Both the position numbers and the translations under genes were made by a program. 64,000 bases of DNA from Heptranchias perlo (Eukaryota). Location: assembly GCF_035084215.1 (NCBI RefSeq), contig NC_090340.1:18972001-19036000 (forward strand), read 5' to 3'. The notes under the pieces were generated by a model that was given only the letters and a program-made list of their open reading frames with translations, was not told the DNA's origin and made no database searches. Within the stretch, counting starts at the first letter, position 1. Every line of letters starts with the position of its first letter. Below, piece after piece: positions 62,510 to 64,000 of the stretch.

Positions 62510-64000
62510 CCCCAGGGAGACCCCCCATTGGACACTCACTCAGTGAGACCCCCCCATTGGACACTCACTCAGGGAGACCCCACCCGTTGGACACTCACTC
62601 AGGGAGACCCCCCCCATTGGACACTCACTCAGGGAGACCCCACCCGTTGGACACTCACTCAGGGAGACCCCACCCATTGAACACTCACTCAGGGAGACCC
62701 CACCCGTTGGACACTCACTCAGGGAGACCAACTCACTGGGCACTCATTCAGAGAGAACCCCCATTGGGCACTCACTCAGGGAGATTCTCCCCATTGGACA
62801 CTCACTCAGGGAGACCCCCCACCCCACACAGGACCCTCACTCAGGGAGACCCCCATTGGACATTCACTCAGGGAGACCCCCACCATTGGACTCTCACTCA
62901 GGGAGACCCCCCCGCCATTGGGCACAAATTCATATTGACCCCCCCATTGGACACTCACTGAGGGAGTCCCCCCCATTGGACACTGACTCAGGGAGACCCT
63001 CCCCATTGGATACTGACTCAGGGAGTCCCTCCCCATTGGACACTGACTCAGGGAGACCCTCCCCATTGGATGCTCACTTAGGGAGACCCCCCCCCCCCTC
63101 CACATTGGACACTGACTCAGGGAGACCCTCCCCATTGGACACTCACTCAGGGAGACCCCCCATTGGGCACAAACTCACATTGACCCCCACATTGGACACT
63201 CACTGAGGGAGTCCCCCACGATGGACACTGACTCAAGCAGACCCCACTATTGGATACTTACTCAGGAGACCCCCCCCCAATGGACACTCACTCAGGGAGA
63301 CCCTACCTATTGGACACTAACTCAGGGAGATCCCCCCATTGGGCACTCATTCAGGGAGACCCCCCATTGGACACCCACTCAGGTAGATTCCACCATTGGA
63401 CACTCACTCAGAGAGATTCTCCCCATTGGACACTCACTCAGGGAGACCCCCCCCCCATTGGACACTCAGTCAGGGAGACCGTCCCATTGGACGCTCACTC
63501 AGGGAGACCACCCCCCCATTGGACACTCACTCAGGGAGACCCCCCCCATTGGACAATCACTCAGGGAGACCGTCCCATTGGATACTCACTCAGGGAGACC
63601 CCCCCAATGGACAATCACTCAGGGAGAACCCCCCCCCCGCCATTGGACAATCACTCAGGAAGACCACCCCATTGGGCACTCATTCAGAGAGACCCCCCAC
63701 AATGGACACTCACTCAGGGAGACCCCCCCCCCCCACACAGGACCCTCACACAGGGAGACCCCCATTGGACATTCACCCAGGGAGACCCCACGTTGGACAC
63801 TCACTCAGGGAGACCCCCACCATTGGACTCTCACTCAGGGACACCCCCCCCCCCCCCCGCCCATTAGGCACAAATTCATATTGACCCCCCATTGGACACT
63901 CACTCAGGGAGACCCCCCCCCCACACAGGACCCTCACTCAGGGAGATCCCCATTGGACATTCACCCAGGGAGACCCCACGTTGGACACTCACTCAGGGAG
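62510..64000. repeat. About 30-bp degenerate minisatellite running off the window end
   Basis: Unit ccccattggacactcactcagggagac, with some repeated higher-order blocks. Confidence 0.95.

Noticed and set aside
61751-63884. Pro/Gly-rich ORFs up to 374 aa
   Set aside because: Translations of GC-rich minisatellites

Overview
Repeat-rich vertebrate genomic DNA, most likely a cartilaginous fish (shark), inferred from the CR1/L2/Penelope/Harbinger/tRNA-SINE repeat set. Three protein-coding units can be built by hand. (1) The last coding exon and 3' UTR of MBTPS1 (site-1 protease) on + at 321-514. (2) A spliced RBR-type (partial RING1-IBR-RING2) E3-ligase-like gene on +: three confident exons at 18257-21251, two phase-compatible upstream exons at 5664-5713 and 6797-7098, about 382 aa, ending in a CaaX-like CVTF. 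(3) A complete six-coding-exon immunoglobulin-superfamily receptor on - (61387 to 41115, 347 aa): leader, single-exon germline-joined VJ-type domain, C1-set domain, uncharged TM, and a tail with ITIM-like tyrosines. This non-rearranging antigen-receptor-like inhibitory receptor is the best candidate for an undescribed system. The rest is mostly nested LINEs (including a young CR1 with a 779-aa open ORF2), Penelope-like elements with inverted structure, 12-bp TSDs and minimal hammerhead ribozymes, Harbinger-type remnants and MITEs, several minisatellites, and an orphan CpG-rich promoter-like region near 26.5-27 kb. All gene models were derived by eye from splice signals and reading phase and need transcript confirmation. 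Repeat boundaries are approximate.
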